DNA of 64,000 nucleotides from an uncultured bacterium (lineage in GTDB: Bacteria; Babelota; Babeliae; Babelales; Babelaceae). Shown in pieces: positions 10,126 to 19,027 of the stretch (positions are counted from its first letter, which is position 1; each line of letters opens with the position of its first letter). The stretch covers positions 174,346-238,345 of the forward strand of contig CAVOUX010000004.1 of the NCBI GenBank assembly GCA_963699715.1. Direction: 5' to 3'. The notes under the pieces were generated by a model. It was given only the letters and a program-made list of their open reading frames with translations, had not been told where the DNA came from and searched no databases. The position numbers and the translations under genes were made by a program.

Positions 10126-10704
10126 ATGAAAAGAATCTTAACCATTGGACTGAGCATAGCGTTACTCAGCCTAAAACTTACTGCTATGGAACTTGAAACG
10201 AGCCCTGAAGTGCAGAAGTTAACCCCCTTTGAAAAAGCTATAGTCGAAAACAGAGTGAATGCCGTAAAAGAGATGCTGGCAGAAGAATGGAATAACCCAG
10301 AATTGGTAACAATCCAAGCACGCACGTTTGCGATGGAAAGACCAGAAATTGAAAAACTCATTGCTGACTATGACGCTCTTAAGAAACCAACGAATACGGA
10401 GTTCGAATTCCAAGATGCCTTGACAACCCCAAGCGGAGGCTCACCTACACCAATTCCAAACCCGCAAGCGGACGATCGCTTAAAAGAAGAAGCAGAGGCA
10501 AAATTACCACTGACACCACAAAGCGGCAAAAAAGCCCCTCAACCACAGCAAAGAAGGAGTTTGGGAAAATGGATTGCCATCGGTGGTACCGGGATTGGAC
10601 TTGGTTATGTTGTTAAATATATTATTGATCGGTTTAAAACAAAAAAGACAATTCAGGCTAAACCGGCTAAAACGGGAAAACCTATTCGCAGTCCCTTAAC
10701 ATAG
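10126..10704 (+). CDS. Hypothetical secreted / tail-anchored membrane protein
   Basis: Signal peptide MKRILTIGLSIALLSLKLTA. Pro/Gln-rich low-complexity middle region. C-terminal TM helix WIAIGGTGIGLGYVVKYII. A rho-independent terminator follows at about 10716-10748. Confidence 0.5.
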   Translation: MKRILTIGLSIALLSLKLTAMELETSPEVQKLTPFEKAIVENRVNAVKEMLAEEWNNPELVTIQARTFAMERPEIEKLIADYDALKKPTNTEFEFQDALTTPSGGSPTPIPNPQADDRLKEEAEAKLPLTPQSGKKAPQPQQRRSLGKWIAIGGTGIGLGYVVKYIIDRFKTKKTIQAKPAKTGKPIRSPLT

Positions 10705-10715
10705 AACATGAGGCA

Positions 10716-10748
10716 AGAGTCAGCGTTTTAGCACTGACTCTTTTTTTA
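10716..10748 (+). terminator. Rho-independent terminator
   Basis: Stem agagtcagcg/cactgactct around a tttta loop, followed by T7. Confidence 0.6.
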
Positions 10749-10766
10749 TAAAAAGGAGAGAAAGCT

Positions 10767-11021
10767 ATGAAAAAACCAGTAAAAAAAGCCATAATTTTTT
10801 TAGGCATTTTCTTGAGCACACAGATTCCAGCTATGCAATTCCCCCCCAGACAACCAATAGCTTTGACCGAAGCTGATAAAAAATTACTATTAAGCTTGGG
10901 CTATAAAAATCAGACCTTCATTTCGATAGCTCAAAATGGTCTGACTGCACAAGATATACTTTTCTTGGAATCCCTCAGGCAAACGGCTAAACAACAGATT
11001 ATTGTTTCCAATTCACAATAA
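10767..11021 (+). CDS. Small secreted hypothetical protein (84 aa)
   Basis: RBS aaggagag lies 8 nt upstream. Signal peptide MKKPVKKAIIFLGIFLSTQIPA. Confidence 0.45.
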   Translation: MKKPVKKAIIFLGIFLSTQIPAMQFPPRQPIALTEADKKLLLSLGYKNQTFISIAQNGLTAQDILFLESLRQTAKQQIIVSNSQ

Positions 11022-12519
11022 GATCGGCAAACAATCTGACTCCAAAGCCACTTGAACCGGGTCTGTAATAACTAATATCAGGAACATTGAATGCTGTTCC
11101 TGCAATATCGAGATGGGCCCAAGGCACATCGCCAACAAAGCTTTTTAGGAAAAACGCGGCGGTAATGGTCCCCCCTTTATACCGTATTGTACCTATATTA
11201 GAAAGATCCGCGACGTCACTTCGAATAGCAGGCTTGTAGTCGTCATGAAGTGGTAATCGCCACGTTCTATCGCCAGATCTCTGGCCAGACTTAATAATAT
11301 GCTTACTCAAGTCATCGTGCTTGCTTAAAAGTCCACAAAAAAAGTGGCCCAGGGCTGCTGCACAAGCGCCAGTTAATGTTGCGATATCGATAATAGCATC
11401 AAGTTTATAATGCTTTACTGCATAAGAAAGAGCATCCGCAAGCACAAGCCGTCCTTCAGCATCAGTATCTTTTACTTCAGCAGTTACCCCATTATAAAAT
11501 TGAATAATGTCACCAGGACGAGTCGCCGTGCCACTGGGCATATTTTCTGCCAACGGTGCAAGTCCAACAACGTTAATTTTAGGTTTTAAATGAGCAAGCA
11601 ATTCGATCGTTGAGATTACCACCGCCGCGCCAGCCATATCATCTTTCATGGTCTCCATAGAGGCAGCTGGCTTAATGCAAAGGCCACCCGTATCAAAGGT
11701 AATACCTTTGCCCACAAGAGCAATCGTCGGTGCATTTGGATGATCTGTTTTATATTCCATAACAACAAGACGCGGTTCCTCGGCCGACCCTTTGCCCACA
11801 GCATAAATTCCACCCATACCCATATCCAAAATTTCTTTCTTGCCAAAGACTTTACAAGAAAGATCATGCGTTTTAGCAATTTTTTCTGCCCTTTCGGCCA
11901 TTACCTTGGGAGAAATCATATTACCAGGAAGGTCAGTCCAATGCCGAGCCTGGTTGACAGCGTAGCCAATATGAGTGCCCTGTTCTATCCCAACTTTATA
12001 TTCTTGAGCAACATCATCAGAAATACAAAGTGTTATGGTATAATTTTGGGGGTATTTGCGGGACTCATCGGTAATGTATTTATCAAAATGATACGTTGCT
12101 ATCTCAGCAATGGAAGCTATCTCTGATCCAAGAGTAAAAGCTGAGACATCAAACTTTTCATGGTGGGGAAATGTTAATGCCACCTCCGCTATTCCTAATG
12201 ATTCAGCTGAACGCATCAGAGACCCGACTGCCCGCCGAAACCGCTCAATTTTTTCTTCTAGGGGCAAACCAGCTAGTTTCCCGAGTCCATAAAACATTAG
12301 GTAGACATTCTTTCCTTTGTTGTCACCAGACACGACAAGTTGTGCTCCTGAAGCTCCTTTAAATTTTCTTTCTTCTATACTACTTTTTAACGGCTTGTAG
12401 AAGGTTTCAAGCGCCATCGCAACGGGATTAGAAAGCACGGCATCCTGTTCGCATAAAACACCATAGCCTTGTGCTTTATTTTCATGGAGTTGCTTATTAC
12501 TTAATGTTATGGTGATCAT
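10999..12519 (-). CDS. pepA: Leucyl aminopeptidase (M17 family)
   Basis: 506 aa. Carries the M17 signature NTDAEGRL (VKDTDAEGRLVLADAL) and the metal-ligand blocks VGKGITFDTGG and DMAGAA. Confidence 0.9.
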   Translation of the reverse strand: MITITLSNKQLHENKAQGYGVLCEQDAVLSNPVAMALETFYKPLKSSIEERKFKGASGAQLVVSGDNKGKNVYLMFYGLGKLAGLPLEEKIERFRRAVGSLMRSAESLGIAEVALTFPHHEKFDVSAFTLGSEIASIAEIATYHFDKYITDESRKYPQNYTITLCISDDVAQEYKVGIEQGTHIGYAVNQARHWTDLPGNMISPKVMAERAEKIAKTHDLSCKVFGKKEILDMGMGGIYAVGKGSAEEPRLVVMEYKTDHPNAPTIALVGKGITFDTGGLCIKPAASMETMKDDMAGAAVVISTIELLAHLKPKINVVGLAPLAENMPSGTATRPGDIIQFYNGVTAEVKDTDAEGRLVLADALSYAVKHYKLDAIIDIATLTGACAAALGHFFCGLLSKHDDLSKHIIKSGQRSGDRTWRLPLHDDYKPAIRSDVADLSNIGTIRYKGGTITAAFFLKSFVGDVPWAHLDIAGTAFNVPDISYYRPGSSGFGVRLFADLIVNWKQ

Positions 12520-12786
12520 AATGCCTCTTAATATGTTCTTTTTCTGATAGCAATAGGATACACCATTTTTTTACAATCAGCGACGCCCAGACTCATGGAC
12601 CATAACCCCCCTCTGCCCCCCCATTTTATCATCCGACCATAATGCCAAAAAAATTAAAAAGTGCTTTAATCAAGCCCTTTTTTCAAATCCATGAAATTAA
12701 TTATAAAAATTATTTTAAAAAGTATTGCAATCAGAAAATTTATTTTACTATACTGAGGTTAGATAGAAAAAGATTGGAGAAAGCGA

Positions 12787-12951
12787 ATGAGGCAAAAAAA
12801 AGATAAATCTTCAGAAACTACATCAAAGAAGGCTAAGTTGTGCCACTTTTGCCAAGGTCGCGAAGGCAAGGGAGTTCGGAGTCTAAAGAAAAAAGCCGAC
12901 AAAGTCCATCACGGTCATTATTGTGGCCGTAAATGGTTCCCCTGCCACTAA
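12787..12951 (+). CDS. Small basic Cys/His-rich protein (54 aa), putative zinc-ribbon
   Basis: RBS ggag 7 nt upstream of ATG. CHFCQG ... HHGHYCGRKWFPCH. Followed by a perfect 14-bp stem hairpin. Confidence 0.4.
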   Translation: MRQKKDKSSETTSKKAKLCHFCQGREGKGVRSLKKKADKVHHGHYCGRKWFPCH

Positions 12952-12957
12952 CAAACT

Positions 12958-13005
12958 TGACTGCTTCTACGTATCCCCCCTGCTCATTCCTTCAACGTAG
13001 AAGCA
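12958..13005 (+). terminator. Hairpin (14-bp perfect stem gactgcttctacgt / acgtagaagcagtc, 24-nt loop) downstream of the small Cys/His-rich ORF
   Basis: Inverted repeat read directly from the sequence. The U-tract is weak (cattctt). Confidence 0.4.
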
Positions 13006-13126
13006 GTCATTCTTATACTACCCCCCCCATCATATATAAAGACTCTTATTTGAAATTCCCAAACTCTCTGCACATCCCCCTTTTTTACCCTTTTTATCTC
13101 ATGGGTTGATTAAACGTATACGTGGT

Positions 13127-13186
13127 TATTAAAGAATTCTTTAACAAGCCTTCAAATTATGCTATCTTATTAAAGAATACTTTAAT
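13127..13186 (+). promoter_or_regulatory. Two 16-bp palindromic operator-like sites upstream of fic, 41 bp apart centre to centre
   Basis: TTAAAGAATTCTTTAA at 13130-13145 is a perfect palindrome. TTAAAGAATACTTTAA at 13171-13186 has one mismatch. Confidence 0.5.
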
Positions 13187-13238
13187 AGCAATGATAATAG
13201 GGTCATTTAATTCAAGAAACCTTTAATAGGACACTTTT

Positions 13239-14390
13239 ATGAGCAGAAGCGGCACGTACATAAAGCAATTAGCGGGTTATAAAGCTTTTATACCAACAGA
13301 TTTGCCTTCTTATGCCAATCTTCAAATAGATTTGGTATTGACTCAAAAACTTGCCAAAGCCTCACTTTTAATAGCCCGCCTTGATGGTCTTGCCTATACC
13401 CTACCCAATACCGACTTATTTATTAGTATGTACGTAAAAAAAGAAGCACTCTTAAGCTCACAAATTGAGGGAACTCAGGCATCCCTCGAGGACATTTTTG
13501 AATTTGAAAGCGGTATTTCTGTTAACAACATTGGTGATGTTGAAGAAGTTGTTAACTATGTCAAAGCATTAAACTTTGGAATTCAAAGATTGAAGCAAAT
13601 TCCCATGAGCGTACGTTTGATTCGTGAACTTCATGCGATTCTTTTGCGTGATACACGAGGGCAGGAAAAAACTCCCGGCGAATTCAAACGATCCCAAAAT
13701 TGGATTGGTGCTTCCAATTCAACCATTGCAAGCGCGTTGTTTGTACCACCACCTGCCGATATTTCACTTGATGCAATGACTTCATTAGAAAAATATATGC
13801 ATGATGACCAGGAAACTCCCGATCTCATTAAATGCGCCCTTATACATTACCAATTTGAAACGATACATCCATTTCTCGATGGCAATGGAAGAGTTGGCCG
13901 ATTGTTAATAACACTTTATCTTTATTGGAAAGGAATTGTTGAAAAACCGTTGCTTTACTTGAGTTACTTCTTTAAAAAAAACCGCCAAGAATATTACGAC
14001 CGTCTTATGATGGTCAGAAACTCTGGCAATTATGAGCAATGGATATCCTTTTTTCTCGATGGCGTTATTCAAACTTCTGAATCCGCTATTGATAACACAA
14101 AGAAAATTCTCGAATTACATAACGAACACCAAGAATTATTGTGGCAGCAAAAAATCTCATCTCCTTTTGCGGTTATGTTACTTAATAGACTTTATTACAC
14201 ACCAATTCTTACCATATCTGATATACAAACCATGTTTGACGTCAGTTACCCAACAGCATCGCATTTGGTTAAGGACTTTGTAAGGGTCGGTATTCTTAAA
14301 GAGGTAACGGGGAAAAAGAGGGCAAAGCGATATAATTATGTTGATTATCTTTCTATTCTTTCTGAGGGCACTTCACCGTTCTTGGAGTAA
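13239..14390 (+). CDS. Fic-family AMPylase, class II architecture: N-terminal inhibitory (S/T)xxxE(G/N) helix plus C-terminal winged-helix-like domain
   Basis: Fic motif HPFLDGNGRVGRLL. The N-terminal SSQIEGTQASL contains the inhibitory SxxxEG motif. About 380 aa, as in SoFic-like proteins. Confidence 0.9.
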   Translation: MSRSGTYIKQLAGYKAFIPTDLPSYANLQIDLVLTQKLAKASLLIARLDGLAYTLPNTDLFISMYVKKEALLSSQIEGTQASLEDIFEFESGISVNNIGDVEEVVNYVKALNFGIQRLKQIPMSVRLIRELHAILLRDTRGQEKTPGEFKRSQNWIGASNSTIASALFVPPPADISLDAMTSLEKYMHDDQETPDLIKCALIHYQFETIHPFLDGNGRVGRLLITLYLYWKGIVEKPLLYLSYFFKKNRQEYYDRLMMVRNSGNYEQWISFFLDGVIQTSESAIDNTKKILELHNEHQELLWQQKISSPFAVMLLNRLYYTPILTISDIQTMFDVSYPTASHLVKDFVRVGILKEVTGKKRAKRYNYVDYLSILSEGTSPFLE

Positions 14391-14449
14391 AAACATTATA
14401 ATTTAATTGCGTTTTCAAGCCCCAAGTGAGGTTTTCTAAAATAATGCTT

Positions 14450-14890
14450 AATGGCCTATGCGGCCGGCGTCCAATACTTCCAAGTCAGTCACTCTTTCAG
14501 AAAAAATGAATTGCAGTTTTTTTTTATGGACAACGCGTCCAGCGACCAGCGGGCGGGTATCATGACCCCCCCTGGCAACCCCGCATGCCAGGGCAAGCCC
14601 TTGGAACCCTACGGATCAAACTCGGCATCTTCGCATTCTTCGAATGCTCGGGATTGCCTCACACAGGCGATCCTCAACAGACTCGTTTGATTTATCAGTA
14701 ACCTCAAACGATTTCATTATCTTTTTTATAAATAGAAAATCCCTTGAGCGTCATTGAGCAGGTGGAGAAGCCCAGAGCTTCGACATCCGTGAATTGACGC
14801 GGCAATTGGGGGCCGAGGAACCGCGGTGCCGGTGGTCCAGGGGGTGACGGCACGAGTCGCCGCCTGGCGCTGGACGCGCAGTCCGTAATG
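14450..14890. repeat. GC-rich non-coding element, copy B (inverted, diverged copy of 1108-1660)
   Basis: See copy A. It has internal inverted segments gcgtccagcgaccagcg ... cgcctggcgctggacgcgcag. The ORF 14451-14690 is considered spurious. Confidence 0.6.
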
Positions 14891-14953
14891 AAAAACTACA
14901 AAAAATTATTCCATTTCAAAAACCCATTTATACAAATCATCGCTTTTTATAAA

Positions 14954-16174
14954 TCACGCCATTTGTTTTAAAACGGCAGCAGCATCCAACGTATACACCC
15001 TTCGTGCAGGAATATATGATGCAATAAAACTAATAATAAGCACCAAAGCAAGCACTGCCAAAACAATGGACACATCCATATGAGCCGGCAGGTGAGAAAC
15101 ATAATATACTTCCGGCAATGCAATGAAAGGATAGCGTTCAAGCACATAACTGGCAACCATCGCTCCCACCAGTCCAATACATGCAGCTAGCATCGATATA
15201 CCAACACCAATCATGACAAACACGAAAACCAATTCTCGAGAAGAAAAGCCCATCGTTTTAAGTACCGCAATTTCTGTTTTCTTTGTTGTTATATACATAA
15301 AAAGCAGCGCCACAATATTCATGCTTGCAACTAACGTAATAAGAGCGAGGATAAAGAACATGGCATACTTTTCTAAAATGAGCGCTGAAAGGATTGCAGG
15401 ATAAAGTTCCTTCCACGAAAAAACATTCAAGGTTGGAAATCGTTCTTTAAGAGTAGCAACAGATGAATCAAGCAGCCTCTGATCACGCAATTTCATTCCG
15501 ATTTGGGTGATCCCCTGGTCAGGAAAAAGAGTTTTAAAGAGAGGAAAATTAACAAATACCACATGCGCATCAATGTCATCAATCCCCGTCTTAAAAACTC
15601 CTCCGACAGCCATTTTATGTTGCTCAAGCATAATATTGTCAGTTGAATGAGTATCATTCGTGAAAAGAAACGTGGTGAAATCACCCTCTTTGACTGCCAA
15701 TGATTGCGCTAATGATTGCCCCATTAAAATACGATCATCTTTCAAAAGATCAACAAGCGATACAGGTTTATCAGATTTTATCATTGATTCAAGCTTACTC
15801 ACGGAAACTTCTTTTTCTGGATCAATGGCCATGACCACCACAAGCGAAGAAACTTCATCGCTTTCTGGTGACTTGATCAGCGCATGACCTTGAGCGCTTG
15901 GACTCACTCCTTTAACAAAAGGATAGGCGTTCAGTATCGAATTCAATTTCTCAAAACTTAACGCACGTCCACCAGCATTCATAATAATATCCGGTTGAAT
16001 TCCTTGAATCGCTTTTTGCGTTTGCGTATCAAATCCATTCATAATTGCTGCAACAAGCGCTAAGGCAAATGATCCTAACATAATGCTCAGGAACGCTATG
16101 ATCATCATCGTTCTCATGGTTTTTTCTGAGGTGTGCATAATAAAGCGTCGAGCAAGAAACAGCGATATTTTCAT
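14954..16174 (-). CDS. Lipoprotein-release ABC transporter permease (LolC/LolE-like, FtsX family)
   Basis: Start chosen at MKISLFLARRF (LolC-like N-terminus). Has the MacB-type periplasmic domain and a C-terminal FtsX 3-TM bundle. Confidence 0.75.
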   Translation of the reverse strand: MKISLFLARRFIMHTSEKTMRTMMIIAFLSIMLGSFALALVAAIMNGFDTQTQKAIQGIQPDIIMNAGGRALSFEKLNSILNAYPFVKGVSPSAQGHALIKSPESDEVSSLVVVMAIDPEKEVSVSKLESMIKSDKPVSLVDLLKDDRILMGQSLAQSLAVKEGDFTTFLFTNDTHSTDNIMLEQHKMAVGGVFKTGIDDIDAHVVFVNFPLFKTLFPDQGITQIGMKLRDQRLLDSSVATLKERFPTLNVFSWKELYPAILSALILEKYAMFFILALITLVASMNIVALLFMYITTKKTEIAVLKTMGFSSRELVFVFVMIGVGISMLAACIGLVGAMVASYVLERYPFIALPEVYYVSHLPAHMDVSIVLAVLALVLIISFIASYIPARRVYTLDAAAVLKQMA

Positions 16175-16175
16175 G

Positions 16176-17186
16176 TTACTCTGATTTAGGGTGAACAGCT
16201 TCACGTGGATCTTTTCTGAATTGCTGCACAGCAATTACGTGGGCTCGTGCACTGTAGTAAGCCCAAACACTCTTGTCACCAATCTTATAAGCAAGCTCAA
16301 ACAATTTATCATATTTTTCATCATACAAATTGAACATCTCAAGAAAACTTTTCATATAAGATCGAATGCGTGGATTAGCAACCTGCGTAATCCATGTACA
16401 CATCGTCGCCTCAAGAAAATTCATATAAGGATCAATTTTAAAAACAGAAATAGCGCGCGTCTCAGCACCAGGCTTGCTGACTTCGCTCATCTCAGAGGTT
16501 GAAGGCATTCCAGGCTTTGGTAAGGTATAGGGCGTCGTCCAATGAATTTTTCTGGCCAGCATGTCGGTTGTTGCAGTAGCAAAATGCATAGCAAGCCAAT
16601 GAGTCAATCGATTGGAAACAACAAAATATAATGCTGCAATAGAAAGTATTCGTGCATCTTCGAAAGTAAATACGGGAGCCCCATCAACAGCCACCTCAGC
16701 TCCATCCTGGTTTTTTGCTTGCTCTTTCTGCAATGCAGCTTGGTGCGCCTCCTCACGAATTGCTCTCCAAAGATACCAGGCCTCTACAAGCTGTGCGCCA
16801 CATTCATAGGACGTATAAAAATTTCGACCCGCATCCCATGCTCTCGATCTCATGGTTCCTTGATTGCCAGGCAATGTTTTGAGTGCACCAGGAATGTCAT
16901 TAAGCGGCGCCTCGGGAAGCCATTTAAGGTAATTACCAAAAAATTCTCGGGCTACAGCGTTAATAAGATATTTAATATTGAGCCTAATCGGTACCAAGAC
17001 ATCACCATACTGGTGAAGATAATCAGCTCCTGTGTATTTTCCGGCATGATGGCCCCAGTAATTAAAGACGTTTCCGACGCCCCAATAGAGCGCGGCATCT
17101 GCATAGGGATTACCTGTATGCAGAGATTGAGGCTTACTCGAGCTCACAAAACATAATGCTATCATAAGCAACTTTATTAATTTCAT
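16176..17186 (-). CDS. Hypothetical secreted protein
   Basis: Signal peptide MKLIKLLMIALCFVSS. No recognisable catalytic motif. Abuts the lolC/E-like gene on the same strand. Confidence 0.5.
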   Translation of the reverse strand: MKLIKLLMIALCFVSSSKPQSLHTGNPYADAALYWGVGNVFNYWGHHAGKYTGADYLHQYGDVLVPIRLNIKYLINAVAREFFGNYLKWLPEAPLNDIPGALKTLPGNQGTMRSRAWDAGRNFYTSYECGAQLVEAWYLWRAIREEAHQAALQKEQAKNQDGAEVAVDGAPVFTFEDARILSIAALYFVVSNRLTHWLAMHFATATTDMLARKIHWTTPYTLPKPGMPSTSEMSEVSKPGAETRAISVFKIDPYMNFLEATMCTWITQVANPRIRSYMKSFLEMFNLYDEKYDKLFELAYKIGDKSVWAYYSARAHVIAVQQFRKDPREAVHPKSE

Positions 17187-17319
17187 ATCATTCATTCCTT
17201 CAAAAAACAATAAGTAAAGCACTCTTAGGTTATCACGACTTTAACGGGTCACAAAATCTTCTTTTAATCTTTTTAGGCAACATGCTACATTGCAAGAAAA
17301 TCATCATGACGGAGAAATT

Positions 17320-17757
17320 ATGAATATCGCACTGGGAGCTGATCACCGCGGATACGTCTTAAAAGAATTCTTTAAAACATTAACTACCCTCAACAACATC
17401 CCACTCCAATGGGTGGATTACGGCACCTACTCTCCTGAACGAACAGATTATCCGATATTTGCAAAAAAGGTTGCAAAGGCGATGCAAGCTCACGAAGTTG
17501 ATGCAGGAATTCTTATCTGCGGTACCGGTTCTGGTATGGCAATTACTGCAAATCGCTTTAAAGGTGTCCACGCTGCTGTTGTTTGGAACCCTCAGGTTGC
17601 TTGCGCTTCTAAGGAGGATGACAACGTCAACATTGCGGTGTTACCTGCCGATTATCTCACGCAAGATCAAGCACTGCACATCATCACCTGCTGGCTGGGA
17701 TGCTCTTTTAAAAAAGATCATTATGCTGAACGTCTTGCAATGATTGATAATTCTTAA
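17320..17757 (+). CDS. rpiB: Ribose-5-phosphate isomerase B
   Basis: MNIALGADHRGYVLKE and ICGTGSGMAITANRFKGV match the RpiB/LacAB signatures. Start taken at the internal ATG. Confidence 0.85.
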   Translation: MNIALGADHRGYVLKEFFKTLTTLNNIPLQWVDYGTYSPERTDYPIFAKKVAKAMQAHEVDAGILICGTGSGMAITANRFKGVHAAVVWNPQVACASKEDDNVNIAVLPADYLTQDQALHIITCWLGCSFKKDHYAERLAMIDNS

Positions 17758-17781
17758 ATTCGCAAGAAATCTTTCAAAAAA

Positions 17782-17822
17782 CAAGTGCGGCCTCTATTTC
17801 ACTGAAGGCCGCACTTGTTTTT
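17782..17822. terminator. Bidirectional rho-independent terminator between convergent genes
   Basis: Stem caagtgcggcc / ggccgcacttg with a 14-nt loop and a flanking T5/A-tract. Confidence 0.7.
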
Positions 17823-17824
17823 AA

Positions 17825-18820
17825 CTAATCTAAATGTAGTCGTGGCTCACGGTTAACATTTCTCCAAAAGGTCATGGCCGCAGCAGTCACCAATCTTGAA
17901 CCATGCGCACATGTTTTAGGGGAAAATGTGCAGATGCCATGTCCAATCGCCACAAATGAATCAATGGCAAATGGTCCTTTGCTACCAGCTTTGTAGGCCT
18001 GAGTTGCAACATTTTTCATTTCTGTATTATTAGTACCAAAATATTCACATGTTTTATCTAATGTGGGAACAACGAGATAATCCTGAAAAAAACTTGATAA
18101 CAGCATCCCAACGGTTGTTGGTATTATTTTGTCGAGTGGATCTTTTGCAACAACTGGCATGAAACCCGAAACATGTTCATTAAACGCCTTTCCAAGTTGT
18201 CTGGTTATCACACAGGTCATAAATGAGGCCATCAAATAACTTGCTGCTATTGCAGCTGCATGGGGATCCTTCGTAAACCGTAATGCAAAATTATAAAAAT
18301 AGGCATCCACCTCAGAAGCTTTTTGTGGAAGCTTCTCTATTTCTGCAAGAGTTTTTTGCGCATATTCCCAAAATTCGTAAAGAGAAACTGCTTTATTACC
18401 TGAGTCAAAAATCTTTCCATTAAAGGCATCTTTATTATTCGCATCAGAAAATTGAAGAGTCATATACTTTTGTAGAGCCGTAGGCAAGGCTGGTGGTTGT
18501 GCCGCAAGCCATGGTAGAGCAACAATACCTTTTGCCAATGCTTGTTTAATAGCAGTATTTGCTACAAACTTAATATCCTGTGCAACAATGGCATGTGCCG
18601 TTGTTGCTTGTGGTAATTTAAGCACGTCATTTGTAATTCTCTTTCCTGCCTCTTTGCTCAAAGACATAACTTTGTAGCCCAACCAACCATAGGCTAGTGT
18701 TAATGCATTTTGCCGAATAGAATCAGGAACGAATGTTATACCTTGTGTCTGAAATGTGGTATTCAAAAGTAACGATCCGAGCAAAGAAAAAGCAAAAAGA
18801 GATTTACTATGGATCTTCAT
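17825..18820 (-). CDS. Hypothetical secreted protein
   Basis: 331 aa. Signal peptide MKIHSKSLFAFSLLGSLLL. No known domain recognised. Confidence 0.5.
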   Translation of the reverse strand: MKIHSKSLFAFSLLGSLLLNTTFQTQGITFVPDSIRQNALTLAYGWLGYKVMSLSKEAGKRITNDVLKLPQATTAHAIVAQDIKFVANTAIKQALAKGIVALPWLAAQPPALPTALQKYMTLQFSDANNKDAFNGKIFDSGNKAVSLYEFWEYAQKTLAEIEKLPQKASEVDAYFYNFALRFTKDPHAAAIAASYLMASFMTCVITRQLGKAFNEHVSGFMPVVAKDPLDKIIPTTVGMLLSSFFQDYLVVPTLDKTCEYFGTNNTEMKNVATQAYKAGSKGPFAIDSFVAIGHGICTFSPKTCAHGSRLVTAAAMTFWRNVNREPRLHLD

Positions 18821-19027
18821 AGACGAGCCTTTCAGATATTTGATTAATTCCTTCTATTAGTATTATAGCATTTAAATTACACTCCGTCTCTCTTATTTTA
18901 CGTTAAAAAAGGAAGTTTTGAGGTTTATAGGTAAATCATGGGGCAAATGCGCATCCTGGACATTTTTTTACAATCTGAGTTATACTGTAATCATATAATT
19001 CCTGGTCTCATTCACAAAGGAATAGTA

